Positions 47,667 through 57,142 of a stretch of 64,000 nt of DNA are shown piece by piece (within the stretch, counting starts at the first letter, position 1; each line of letters begins with the position of its first letter). The position numbers and the translations under genes are program-made. The DNA is from Anaerolineales bacterium (GTDB lineage: Bacteria > Chloroflexota > Anaerolineae > Anaerolineales > UBA4823). The stretch lies in contig JBAQFX010000005.1 in the NCBI GenBank assembly GCA_049287485.1, forward strand, positions 1,052 through 65,051, given 5' to 3'. The notes beneath the pieces were generated by a model that did not search any database, was not told where the DNA came from, and was given only the letters and a program-made list of their open reading frames with translations.

Positions 47667-47999
47667 TTAATTTGACTTCAGGATAGATTCAAACACCCAG
47701 CCGGAGGGGGTCTTTGAAAGTGTAATATACAGGTAATGTGTGTGCGAGTCATGACCTCCCAGATGGAGGACAGTCTCTTGCTCTGGGAAGGAAGTGATGC
47801 GCTTGTGCTCCAGGAAGACATGCTTGAGGGTTTCGGCATTTTGGATCTCGCGCAAGTCTTGAAAGAAGATATCTTTCCAGAACTCGTGGGTCTCCACGGT
47901 GAAAGCTGCGTATAGCTTAGCAGGATCGTTCTGCTGGAGGCAAAGGCGAATGAATTCGATTGCCTGGATGGGGGTAGTGAAAGTGGGTTGTTGGGGCAT
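47667..47999 (-). CDS. Hypothetical protein (110 aa)
   Basis: The ORF lies 18 nt upstream of, and co-oriented with, the kinase gene. I recognise no family. Confidence 0.4.
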   Translation of the reverse strand: MPQQPTFTTPIQAIEFIRLCLQQNDPAKLYAAFTVETHEFWKDIFFQDLREIQNAETLKHVFLEHKRITSFPEQETVLHLGGHDSHTHYLYITLSKTPSGWVFESILKSN

Positions 48000-48213
48000 G
48001 ATATTTACTCACCTGGGTTTCGCTGTTAGTCATAACCAGTATATCGGAATTCTTCACTAAATTCAATAGAAAATCTCTTCCCCGTATGTGTATCTAATCC
48101 TGATACTTCATAAATTCTGTTCCGCTCAGATTGAAAAAGTGCAAAAATCGGCTTGCCCACTTAACCTGGCTTGATCAACTCAAGATAAAACACGTGGTCA
48201 AACCTTTTTGTGG

Positions 48214-48558
48214 TCAGGTGATAGAAACCGATTTCCCTGTTTCGCTCAGTTGGGATAACCTTTGACTTACTTCTTCCCGCCCCAGCGAGGTCAATGCATA
48301 TCGCTCCCCCTCATAAATAATCCAACCGCGCTTGATTAAATCTTCGAGCCTGTTTTTAACAGACACGGCCTGGTTACACACCTGCCGTTCGGTCAGCTTG
48401 AATAAACCAAGGGGTGCGAGGTAGACGTAAGAACGATGTGCGATTTCCTCAAACGTCCTTGAGCCATCCAGCATGGTTACAGCCACCCGGATATCACCTA
48501 TATATTGTCTGTGTTTTTGGTTCCTCGAATTTAGTTTACGCATAGAATTTCCTGACAT
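48214..48558 (-). CDS. Hypothetical protein, possible winged-helix DNA-binding fold
   Basis: A 114-aa ORF. The segment ...NRLEDLIKRGWIIYEGERYALTSLG... resembles a wHTH wing. This call is tentative. Confidence 0.35.
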   Translation of the reverse strand: MSGNSMRKLNSRNQKHRQYIGDIRVAVTMLDGSRTFEEIAHRSYVYLAPLGLFKLTERQVCNQAVSVKNRLEDLIKRGWIIYEGERYALTSLGREEVSQRLSQLSETGKSVSIT

Positions 48559-48668
48559 GGATCAGTCAGCGAAAGGTTTCAAAGTGTGTTCCCGACAAAA
48601 ATAATTAAACTTATATACTTTCAACAGGGTTGTGGGCTTTATGTCAATAATCATTTTGTATGGATCCT

Positions 48669-49478
48669 TCATACAACCATGCCACAAAACATAGAATAAG
48701 TAAAAAAGGCATAATAATCCGGATGATTTAGGATGAAATCGGGTGACTTTGACAGACACAGGCGCTGGTATTCTGTTCGATCCTCAGGTTTTAGCTCTGC
48801 CTCCACACCTGGCCAGCGCATCTCAAAGAGAGCGATTAAGGCACGGCGAAGATTATCCGTCAGTGGGGCATAAGCCTGGCCAGAGAAGGTAAAGGATACG
48901 GGTTTTCCCAAACCTGCCTCACGGAACCAACCCAGGGCGCGCAGGAAGTGCATCTCCGGTGGTTTGCCCTCAAAAAATGGTGCAATCCCGGCAGAGGTTG
49001 CATTAAGGTGAGCTTCCAGGATGGGATAGCCTGGCAGCAACATTTGTGAGGACCAGGCCAGGATAGCTACCATGCCACCCGGTTTTACCACACGGACCAG
49101 CTCCTTCACCAGTGGTAATGGCTCCAGAGGGGCATATCCAACACAATCAGCGCTCCATGCCCAATCGAAGCTATGATTGTCGAATGGCAGCTGCCTAACA
49201 TCTCCTCCTTGAAAGGAGATACTCCTTGACAAACCGGCTTGCTCCACTATATCTCTGGCGTAAGCTAAAAACTCAGGAGATATGTCGAGTCCGGTGATGT
49301 GCCCGACTGGACCGACTGCTTCTGCCATCTGCAAGGATTGGAGACCAATACCACAACCTGCATCGAGTCCCTGGCTTGCTAAAGGGAGCCGCAATGCTTT
49401 TATTGCTTTAGAGATGAGAGGCTCTACTAAAGGATTGATTACTAAAAGGTTTTGTATGTATGCATCTGCATCGGTCAT
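48669..49478 (-). CDS. Class I SAM-dependent methyltransferase
   Basis: It has SAM motif I LDAGCGIG and the post-I/II blocks. Confidence 0.8.
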   Translation of the reverse strand: MTDADAYIQNLLVINPLVEPLISKAIKALRLPLASQGLDAGCGIGLQSLQMAEAVGPVGHITGLDISPEFLAYARDIVEQAGLSRSISFQGGDVRQLPFDNHSFDWAWSADCVGYAPLEPLPLVKELVRVVKPGGMVAILAWSSQMLLPGYPILEAHLNATSAGIAPFFEGKPPEMHFLRALGWFREAGLGKPVSFTFSGQAYAPLTDNLRRALIALFEMRWPGVEAELKPEDRTEYQRLCLSKSPDFILNHPDYYAFFTYSMFCGMVV

Positions 49479-49509
49479 TTTATGTTCAGCCTGTTTTTAT
49501 TTAGGTCCC

Positions 49510-50295
49510 TTAGGTCATACTTTTCTTTCCGACAAACAATCCATAGCCAAAATATTCGTCAAGGTGATCTGGGATAATCCCACCCTGGCGGACTTCCCGC
49601 ACAAACTTCCTATAAGCGGGGCTGTGGGTGTAGAGTAGAAGCGTTCTCCGCATCACGCGCAACATCCCCCAGAAACCATAGCGCTGCAGAATGCCTTTGG
49701 CTTCAGCCTGAGTGTTGACGGAGTATGTTTTTACTACGATCTCCTTCAGGCCAGCGGATAAGAGCAATCCAGTCCACTCGTCCGGAGTAAGTGGTTTTAC
49801 GCTAGCGCCAACATCCTGTTGTGCCCAGGCAACGACTTCAGGTGGGGGTGGAACTTTTAACCAGGCGGTCTCGTTAAGCCCAACGTACCCTCCCGGCTTT
49901 ATCACGCGTGTATATTCGTTTACAGCTTTTTGTTTATCTTCTGGGAAGGCTGTTACCGATTCGGTGATGACAGCATCAAAAAGGTCATGCTCGAAGGGAA
50001 GTTCCTGTGCATCAGCTACGCGGAACTCAACCCGGTCGGTCACCTTCTGGCGATTTACCCTTTCCCAAGACCTCTCGACCATCTTCTCCATGATGTCGAC
50101 ACCCATGACTCGACAGTCAACTTTCTCAGCAATAAAGCACGGTGTTACCCCAACACCACAACCAACATCGAGGACATAGCTATCTTGACTAATGTGACAT
50201 AGCTTAATGAGGGCTTCAGTGGCTTCAAGCCCTCCTATATGCTTTGTCAGGCCCACCTCAGCGGCAAAATCGAAGAGATGCGGCTGGTTGTTCAT
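49510..50295 (-). CDS. Class I SAM-dependent methyltransferase
   Basis: It has SAM motif I LDVGCGVG and the downstream IKPGG block. Confidence 0.8.
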   Translation of the reverse strand: MNNQPHLFDFAAEVGLTKHIGGLEATEALIKLCHISQDSYVLDVGCGVGVTPCFIAEKVDCRVMGVDIMEKMVERSWERVNRQKVTDRVEFRVADAQELPFEHDLFDAVITESVTAFPEDKQKAVNEYTRVIKPGGYVGLNETAWLKVPPPPEVVAWAQQDVGASVKPLTPDEWTGLLLSAGLKEIVVKTYSVNTQAEAKGILQRYGFWGMLRVMRRTLLLYTHSPAYRKFVREVRQGGIIPDHLDEYFGYGLFVGKKSMT

Positions 50296-50395
50296 TGTTT
50301 CCCCTCCCTCATAAGTTCATATTGGGTGATTAATCATCCTACACTTATATTATGCAAAGTCTGCCGCCAAAGTTCACAGAAAATCTGTGGAAAAT

Positions 50396-51433
50396 TCAGG
50401 TTAATTCACGATACATGGCCGGGTGAGTTGGGGGGAGTTTCTTCCACATATGGTCGATCAGGATAAGCATCAATACGACAATCACTTTGAGCAAGAGATA
50501 CCCATTCCAATCTGAGATGAGAAGAATCCTTGCGGTAGTATTTTCGGCTGCATGGACGATCCCGGCTACCAGGATACTGCCTTGGCTGCGGTTATAGAAC
50601 CAACCCGTGACAATGGATCCAAGGATAATCAGATAACTATTCGTATTAATCCAGAAATTCCGGGTCAGGACGGGTTGTCCTTGGGATTGCCACAAGAAAA
50701 AATGCCAGGGTATCCAGAAGCAAGCGATGATCAGGGCAGCAATTAATGGGCTGGTGGAAGCTTGCAGTCTGGGAAGCGCAAACCCTCGCCAGCCGACTTC
50801 TTCACCAACGGCATTGTAAAAGAAGAACTGATAGAGGAATTTAACCACGATCAAACTGACCAGTGACAGACTTATTTCTGGGAACAGGTAGGTTGCCTGG
50901 TAGGTGGCGATAGGTTGCCTGCCAAGGAGTTTACTGATGGGGATCGAAAGCAGGAGTAAAGCCGGGTAAAACACTAAAGCCAGGAGAGACCAACCCCATA
51001 CACCGCGCAGCCGAATCAATGAAGACAGATAGTTCTTTACTTCCGGGAGGCGAGAATAAGCCATGCTTACCACATAGGCGACTGGTATGGTGATGAGGAG
51101 GCTTAGAATTGCCACGGCTATGGAAAACGGAGCAAGTTTATTTAATAGAAGATAAGCCAACCAAACAAGTGTAACCACAACCCAGGCAACCAGAAAAGCG
51201 AGCCAGGCGGTCCTTCGTGAACCTTGCCGGGGTAATTTGCTGATCACAACCGTAATAATGATGCCTGCCAATGCAGGTCCGCAGGTGGCAAGGGAAGCCA
51301 CTGGATAAAGCAAGAATATGCCTTTGACCTGGGAAGCGCTGTAGGAAAACCCCAATCCCCATGTGATGGCAAATGTGAGGATGAAAAAGGCTATGATTTG
51401 ATGGCGTTTAATCATTTCAGTCAGCTTGCCCAT
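50396..51433 (-). CDS. CPBP-family intramembrane glutamic endopeptidase (CAAX/Rce1-like)
   Basis: It has motif 1 EEVGWRGF and the C-terminal His motif HAAEN. The protein is polytopic and has a strong RBS. Confidence 0.75.
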   Translation of the reverse strand: MGKLTEMIKRHQIIAFFILTFAITWGLGFSYSASQVKGIFLLYPVASLATCGPALAGIIITVVISKLPRQGSRRTAWLAFLVAWVVVTLVWLAYLLLNKLAPFSIAVAILSLLITIPVAYVVSMAYSRLPEVKNYLSSLIRLRGVWGWSLLALVFYPALLLLSIPISKLLGRQPIATYQATYLFPEISLSLVSLIVVKFLYQFFFYNAVGEEVGWRGFALPRLQASTSPLIAALIIACFWIPWHFFLWQSQGQPVLTRNFWINTNSYLIILGSIVTGWFYNRSQGSILVAGIVHAAENTTARILLISDWNGYLLLKVIVVLMLILIDHMWKKLPPTHPAMYRELT

Positions 51434-51520
51434 CTTACAATCTCCTTCTATATTGTTCTTAATAAAACGAGGGATTAAATAAATTTTGTCTCGTCATTAT
51501 CATCAAGAGATTGATTCAGC

Positions 51521-53284
51521 CTAAGTGCCTAATATAACCGCACCCAATAGGACGATGATGCTTAACAAGACCCACCACCATAACTTGCGCCATGGAGGAG
51601 TGCTGACTTTGCCAGTGCCCAAAGCCAAGACGCTCCAAGCACGGAAACCGTGATGCACTGCCCAGAGTTCGTAGAGCAGGACTAGTAATATCCCCAGGCA
51701 AGCACCAGCGAACACCGCTACTAAGAGACTGACTATTGTCCACGGTGTCGGCTCCATCATCGAACAGGTGCTGGTAATCCAATTTACCAAGCGTAAAGCC
51801 AGCACGAAGGTACCAGCCATGCCCAGGTTGCTCGCTACCCAGGCTGCTGGAAAGCGTTGGGCAAGTGTGCGCAGATAGCCACGGCGTGCCGTCAACGCCA
51901 GCCACGGGCCCTGATAGAACAACCATCCTAGCACCAAAGGCAGGATGAAAATAAAGGCGATCTGCCATAGCTGGTTGGATTGGACCTCAGGAAACAGCAG
52001 AGTCATGAACAGCAGCAGCATGAAGGTTACAGCAACAGGGGGTAGATGCCCGGCAGCTTCAAGCAAGGCAGTTTGCCAGGGATGCGCATCCTGTTTGCGC
52101 CCGGCAATCAGCAAAATCAGCAGCGCCAAAGGTCCAAGGATGATCGTGACGGGCAGCCAATATAGCAACGCTTTGGGTTTTCGAATGGATAGAATGGTCA
52201 TCAATACCAGGCTGGCAAGCACCAAACCTACCCAGGCTTTACCGATGGGTGAACAGAGACCCTGGCTGGATAAGGCGCGCTGGTAGCGAAGGGCTGCCTC
52301 CTGGCGTACTTCTTCAGGGAAAAGCTTGCTCAGCGGGCCAGAGGGGCGATCATTTATGAGCTCTTCGGTGATATTCAAGACCACTGGCTTGTCGAACTGA
52401 TAGAAATAATAAAGGTACACCACCCCGTTAGGTAAATCGGCCAGCAGGGTTTCAAGGGTCCAACTACTGCCACCTTCGGTATGGACAGCATCCATAACAC
52501 CAGTAACATCCTGAAAGGTCAAGTCGCCTTCCTGGTTGAGCAACTGGCTCAATCTCGTGGTAGCAATCGCGTAATTGTCATTAGGGTAACCATTACTGGG
52601 ATTTGCTGCATTAACGTTCGTTGATACCAGGAAGCTATCCCCAGGTGGCTTGCGGGTGAAAACCAGCTCGCCATCGGCACCGGCGCTGATAATCACGGCA
52701 TCTCCACTGGCATCGGCGAAGTGCATCTGGTCGTGCATGTAGGAATGCCAGCGGTGGGTGCTGGCCCACTCAATCACCTCTTGTACTGTTGCGCATTCGT
52801 GCAGGATTTGGATTGGATAATACGTGTAACCTCCCAAGGCTGGTTGCCGCTCCAGATGGGGATTGGTATCCACACGGGGTAAACCATTGGCGTCATAGGC
52901 CAGGCCTTTCTCGTTAATACCTTGCTGAACATTATCCGACGTGCCAATCCAGATGGCGCCATATCTATTATCATTGCCGGGATCGACCCAATAATAGCTA
53001 TCAGGGTTGATATAGTCGTCGTTGCCGCCGAAGAAGACCTGCTCTCCTTTGGAAATGGTAACCACAGTACAGCCAGGAGTGAGCTCTTCAACGCATGTTT
53101 CTCCGGTCGGTAGTTTGGAAGTGCAGGGCTGCGGGGCTGAGCTGGCGATATCCTGGGACATACGGGCTTGAACTTCTTCGAGTGGGAGAAATGGAGAAGA
53201 TAGCGAAGTTGTGGTGGAGTAAATGGCACCACCGAGGAGGCATAGAGCTAAAAATGGAAGAAGTATTTGAATATGCTTGTTCAT
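51521..53284 (-). CDS. Secreted Ntn-hydrolase-like (C45 / choloylglycine-hydrolase-type) domain fused to a C-terminal polytopic membrane domain
   Basis: The order is a signal peptide, a Gly-Cys-Thr site (PGCTVVTISKG..FFGGNDDY), a soluble domain of about 330 aa, then about 7 TM helices. The start overlaps the upstream stop (ATGA) and the RBS is AGGAG. The fold assignment rests on motifs only. Confidence 0.5.
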   Translation of the reverse strand: MNKHIQILLPFLALCLLGGAIYSTTTSLSSPFLPLEEVQARMSQDIASSAPQPCTSKLPTGETCVEELTPGCTVVTISKGEQVFFGGNDDYINPDSYYWVDPGNDNRYGAIWIGTSDNVQQGINEKGLAYDANGLPRVDTNPHLERQPALGGYTYYPIQILHECATVQEVIEWASTHRWHSYMHDQMHFADASGDAVIISAGADGELVFTRKPPGDSFLVSTNVNAANPSNGYPNDNYAIATTRLSQLLNQEGDLTFQDVTGVMDAVHTEGGSSWTLETLLADLPNGVVYLYYFYQFDKPVVLNITEELINDRPSGPLSKLFPEEVRQEAALRYQRALSSQGLCSPIGKAWVGLVLASLVLMTILSIRKPKALLYWLPVTIILGPLALLILLIAGRKQDAHPWQTALLEAAGHLPPVAVTFMLLLFMTLLFPEVQSNQLWQIAFIFILPLVLGWLFYQGPWLALTARRGYLRTLAQRFPAAWVASNLGMAGTFVLALRLVNWITSTCSMMEPTPWTIVSLLVAVFAGACLGILLVLLYELWAVHHGFRAWSVLALGTGKVSTPPWRKLWWWVLLSIIVLLGAVILGT

Positions 53285-54537
53285 GATTTTCTCCTCTTAA
53301 ATTTCGATGGCTGCTTCTCTGCTAAGGGTACGGTCATTACCACGCTTACAGGAAAATTGTGCGATTCCTGGTTTACCATGCGGTTAACCACAACCCCTGC
53401 CGACTGGAAGGTTGGTTCATGAACGGCAATCTCCAATGCTTTTAGATCACGGTAGGCCAGGGTCCAGATGGATGACTTGTAGATCTCCACAAACCCACTG
53501 AAGAATAGGATGGGCGAGATCATCACCAGGATGAAGATTGGGATCCCTGCCAGCGCACCCATGATCCATGGAGTCGCGCCGCCCATAAACAGGGCGGTGG
53601 TAGTGGCCACCAGGACAGCTGGCAAGCTACCCGCGGCAGCGCCGAGAATGATCGCCAGTAAAAAGATTGGAAAAAGCAGGATCATAATGGGTACGAGGAA
53701 AGGCACCCATAACAAGCGAAGCCCCATCCAGATTAGCCATACAGGGGCAATCTTGTTGAGATGGTGTTTTGTAAGCTGGATTCCCTGGTGAATAGAAGTC
53801 AACAAGTTTTGCTTTTCTAAAACGCAGGCACGCCTGATGGTCTGCAGCACCAACGACAACACAGCACTGACTGCAAGCCACAAGTAATAGGTGATAATAA
53901 GTAGGCTAAAAGTGCCTGCCCCTGTGGTAATGAGAACGATATCTTGGCTACCAATCGCTAATAAGATGGGTGTGATTGCCAGCCTAATGACAATGGTAAA
54001 TACAATGACGGTAAGTATACCGGCCGTAAAATCGAGTAAAAAAAGACGCCAAGCCCCGAAGGAGATTCCTCTCCGTAAACCTTGCCACACGGTAAGATAT
54101 TTACCTGTCACCTCAGCATCATTTACCATGCGAATTACAGCGGTCTCTACGATGTACCGGGAAATTGTTCCGAGGATAAGCAAGATAAGCAGGATTACAG
54201 CGAATTCGATCAGAATTGGCCAGAGATTGAGTGACAATTCGCGATCGAGTTCTTCGACGATGCCGCGAAACTCACGCCATGAGGTGCTATCTGGGGTGAT
54301 GAGGCGGAATCCTCCAGGCGCAGTCAGGTCGATAGTCATATCGACCCCAGGCATTTGTATTGTTGTGGTGTCAGATAGCTTGATTTTAGTCCACTGGTCA
54401 TTATTCTCCCAATCACGCCTGGAAATGGGATGAATGGTGTTGGCACCCACCAGTGCCAGAATTGCACCGAACAGCCACAATGCACGGTACCCCCAGATTA
54501 TTCGCAAGGATTTGTGTAGAATTGTATTGAGGTTCAT
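53281..54537 (-). CDS. Polytopic membrane protein, paralogue of 6450-7472
   Basis: A 418-aa ORF. Its N-terminal block L..SLRIIWGYRALWLFG matches L.RAWEIIWKFKVLWIFG in the 6450-7472 ORF. Confidence 0.55.
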   Translation of the reverse strand: MNLNTILHKSLRIIWGYRALWLFGAILALVGANTIHPISRRDWENNDQWTKIKLSDTTTIQMPGVDMTIDLTAPGGFRLITPDSTSWREFRGIVEELDRELSLNLWPILIEFAVILLILLILGTISRYIVETAVIRMVNDAEVTGKYLTVWQGLRRGISFGAWRLFLLDFTAGILTVIVFTIVIRLAITPILLAIGSQDIVLITTGAGTFSLLIITYYLWLAVSAVLSLVLQTIRRACVLEKQNLLTSIHQGIQLTKHHLNKIAPVWLIWMGLRLLWVPFLVPIMILLFPIFLLAIILGAAAGSLPAVLVATTTALFMGGATPWIMGALAGIPIFILVMISPILFFSGFVEIYKSSIWTLAYRDLKALEIAVHEPTFQSAGVVVNRMVNQESHNFPVSVVMTVPLAEKQPSKFKRRKS

Positions 54538-54779
54538 GGTTTTCTCCTAATTTTCTTACACTGAACCAGGATGCTACAAACGCCCGATAACAGGGTGACA
54601 GACTCGATAACAACATCGTTAATCCTAGAATAATGTAGATTGACAGAAAACACACGAGCCTAGAGGGAGGTTTGCGGTTTACCGATGATGTGTTAAAGAA
54701 TGGGTCTAGAGATTGGCCTCCCTCCCTCTATAGTAGCTTGTAAAATCCTCTGCAGATATGCCCAGGGAATAAACAAGGA

Positions 54780-54810
54780 GGTTGCCAGCTATCCCATAGT
54801 GCTGGCAACC
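54780..54810 (-). terminator. Hairpin downstream of the S41 peptidase gene
   Basis: A perfect 10-bp stem (ggttgccagc / gctggcaacc) with an 11-nt loop. The T tract on the minus strand is weak. Confidence 0.4.
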
Positions 54811-54860
54811 CCCCGATTATAAAGTGGGCTTTGCACCTACCTATTCACCTGGGCTGCAGC

Positions 54861-56186
54861 TTAATGTTCCAGGTAGTTGAGCGCTGCTTCGAGCTGGGTA
54901 TCCCTGCCCTGTAGAAGCTGTTGGCGATCCAGGGTAACCTCGATATCTGGGACGACGCCATTGTTCTCCAGCACTCGTCCGTCTGAGGTCTGCGGCTGGC
55001 CGAAGGGATAACCCAGGATCGTGCCATACGGTAGCGACTCAATGTTCATCACGAGACAGCTACCTGGCGTCTGTCCGCCTATAATCGTAGCGCGTCCCAA
55101 AGCTTGCAGGCTGCCAGCGAACTCCTCGCTGGATGAGGTACTATACTCATCGACCAGGATTACCACTTTGCCCTGATACGCCTCGGCAACCGGATCGAGA
55201 TAAGCCTCTTCCAGGCTGTCGCGGTATTGATAGCGGATGAATAGTTCCGGTGTGCCCACGAGCTGACTGGCGATGGCCTTACGCACGAAGAACAGGCCGC
55301 CCGGGTTGCCGCGCAGGTCGATGATTAAGGCAGGTGTGTCGTGAAAGTTGTCGATGGCCTGGAGCACACGGTCCAAAACTGCATTGAGGAACCCCGAGAA
55401 ACGAAGGTAACCGATATTATTGGCTAGGCGTCTCACCTCGATTTCAGCACAGCCCGAAGGTAAGGATGGGTCGAACGAGGCACAAGCACTATCATTGCGT
55501 GAGGTAAACCGTAAGGTAGCAAGCTGTGGGTGGTCGTTTTCATCCAGGTATTCAACAATAACTTCCGTGCCCGTTTCCCCATACAACCGGCCACGCATGC
55601 TCTGGACGGCAATACCCTGCTGGTGGCGATCGTTATAGGGTGGTGTATGCAGTCCTTGAGCCGAAAGGTCCTCTAATGTCCAGCCATCTACCGAAGTGAT
55701 CATGAAGCCTGTCCGCAATCCGGCCTTGTCAGCCGCAGAGCCAACTGCAACCTGGGTAACAACAGCCATTCCGTCCAGCAGGCGAATGTCCATGCCCAGC
55801 GATCCGGTGGCAAAGGTCATGCGGTCGAGCTCATTGGCCAAGTCGGGCGGTAGGGCTATAACGTGTGACACGCCAAGTTCGAACAACATTGGGTTCAGCA
55901 CCTGACGCCAGAAGGTGTCGTCGTCCTGGACCGAGGCGAGTTTTTGACGATACTCTGTCCCTATAGCCTGCCAGTCCTTACCACCGAAGGTGGGATCGAA
56001 GTACTTATCGTTGATCGTCTGCCAGACCGCATTGAAGATGGTGAGGCGCTCGGCAGAGATCAGCCTGGTCTTGATCAAGGCTATCGGATGAGCGGTGCGT
56101 GTCGGTGTAGGTATGGATTGTGGCTTACACGCCACAACTACCAGCACGATTAAGCATAGCGTCAGGAGGAGGTTAATCCGCTTCAT
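54861..56186 (-). CDS. S41-family peptidase with PDZ domain (secreted lipoprotein)
   Basis: The ATG at 56186 follows AAAGGAAA. It has the lipobox VVVAC, a PDZ-like segment, and the catalytic-Ser context VDEYSTSSSEEFAG. Confidence 0.8.
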   Translation of the reverse strand: MKRINLLLTLCLIVLVVVACKPQSIPTPTRTAHPIALIKTRLISAERLTIFNAVWQTINDKYFDPTFGGKDWQAIGTEYRQKLASVQDDDTFWRQVLNPMLFELGVSHVIALPPDLANELDRMTFATGSLGMDIRLLDGMAVVTQVAVGSAADKAGLRTGFMITSVDGWTLEDLSAQGLHTPPYNDRHQQGIAVQSMRGRLYGETGTEVIVEYLDENDHPQLATLRFTSRNDSACASFDPSLPSGCAEIEVRRLANNIGYLRFSGFLNAVLDRVLQAIDNFHDTPALIIDLRGNPGGLFFVRKAIASQLVGTPELFIRYQYRDSLEEAYLDPVAEAYQGKVVILVDEYSTSSSEEFAGSLQALGRATIIGGQTPGSCLVMNIESLPYGTILGYPFGQPQTSDGRVLENNGVVPDIEVTLDRQQLLQGRDTQLEAALNYLEH

Positions 56187-56467
56187 AGTTATTTTCCTTT
56201 CTTGTGGGAAAACGATTTGCATTACAGGTTGATCGCTTCGTATGCACCTAGCATAGCGCATTAGGAAACGAATCACACGAGTCTGAAAGGGAGTTCTTAA
56301 TTTGCTGTGGATACATTTATGAACATATCTTGAGAGTCGCTTATTCCCATCTAAAGTACCCTGTAAGCATTACCAGAAGATATGTTTCAGAATTAAAAAG
56401 CAGCAAGGTTGTCAGCAAGCTTACGAAGCTGGCAACCTCGCAACTACAATAATATGGATAGATGCAT

Positions 56468-57130
56468 TTATTCGCGGCGGACGATCCCTTTCTGCCAGGC
56501 ATAGGCAGCGGCCTGGGTGCGATCGACCAGGTGCAATTTGCTAAGAATGTTGCTGACATGACCCTTGACAGTACCCACGCTGATGACCAGTTGCTCAGCG
56601 ATTTTGTCATTGGAGTAACCTTTGGCGATCAGCTTTAGCACTTCCAGCTCGCGTTCGGTTAGCATCATGAAGGGGGTTGCCTCTTCAGGGTCCAGGCTGC
56701 GGAAGGTTTTGATCACGCGCGCGGCGATTTTTGGGTGAAGGGTGGCTTCTCCCCGCGCCGCGCGTCGGATCGCTTCAACAAGTTCGGAAGCTTTAACGTC
56801 CTTAAGCAAGTATGAGATAGCACCTGCCTGAAGGGCAGGAAAGATAAACTCATCTTGATGGAAGGAGGTGAGGATAATAATTTGAGTACGTGGGCTGATA
56901 TCCTTTACTTTGCGGGTAGCCTCAACGCCGTTCAAGCCGGGCATCACCACGTCCATCAAGACTACATCGGGAACGAATTCCCAAGCCAGCCTGACAGCCT
57001 CTTCACCCGAGCTGGCCTGGGCAACAACAGCAATATCTGCTTGAGCTTCCAAATAGCTACAGGCACCGCGACGAACCATTTCATGGTCATCTACAATCAT
57101 TACACGAATTGCTTCCGTTGGATCCGCCAT
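56468..57130 (-). CDS. NarL/FixJ-type response regulator (REC + LuxR HTH)
   Basis: REC motifs are present (IVDDH, VVLMDVVMPGLNG), along with the LuxR HTH LTERELEVLKLIAKGYSNDKIAEQLVISVGTVKGHV. Confidence 0.9.
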   Translation of the reverse strand: MADPTEAIRVMIVDDHEMVRRGACSYLEAQADIAVVAQASSGEEAVRLAWEFVPDVVLMDVVMPGLNGVEATRKVKDISPRTQIIILTSFHQDEFIFPALQAGAISYLLKDVKASELVEAIRRAARGEATLHPKIAARVIKTFRSLDPEEATPFMMLTERELEVLKLIAKGYSNDKIAEQLVISVGTVKGHVSNILSKLHLVDRTQAAAYAWQKGIVRRE

Positions 57131-57142
57131 ATTAACTCCTTC

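Noticed and set aside
54661-54730. A 10-bp inverted repeat tagagggagg / cctccctcta with a 50-nt loop in the S41-membrane gene spacer.
   Set aside because: The loop is long, there is no flanking T-run, and the arms are SD/anti-SD-like purine and pyrimidine runs that pair by chance fairly often. I noted it but cannot support it as a functional element.
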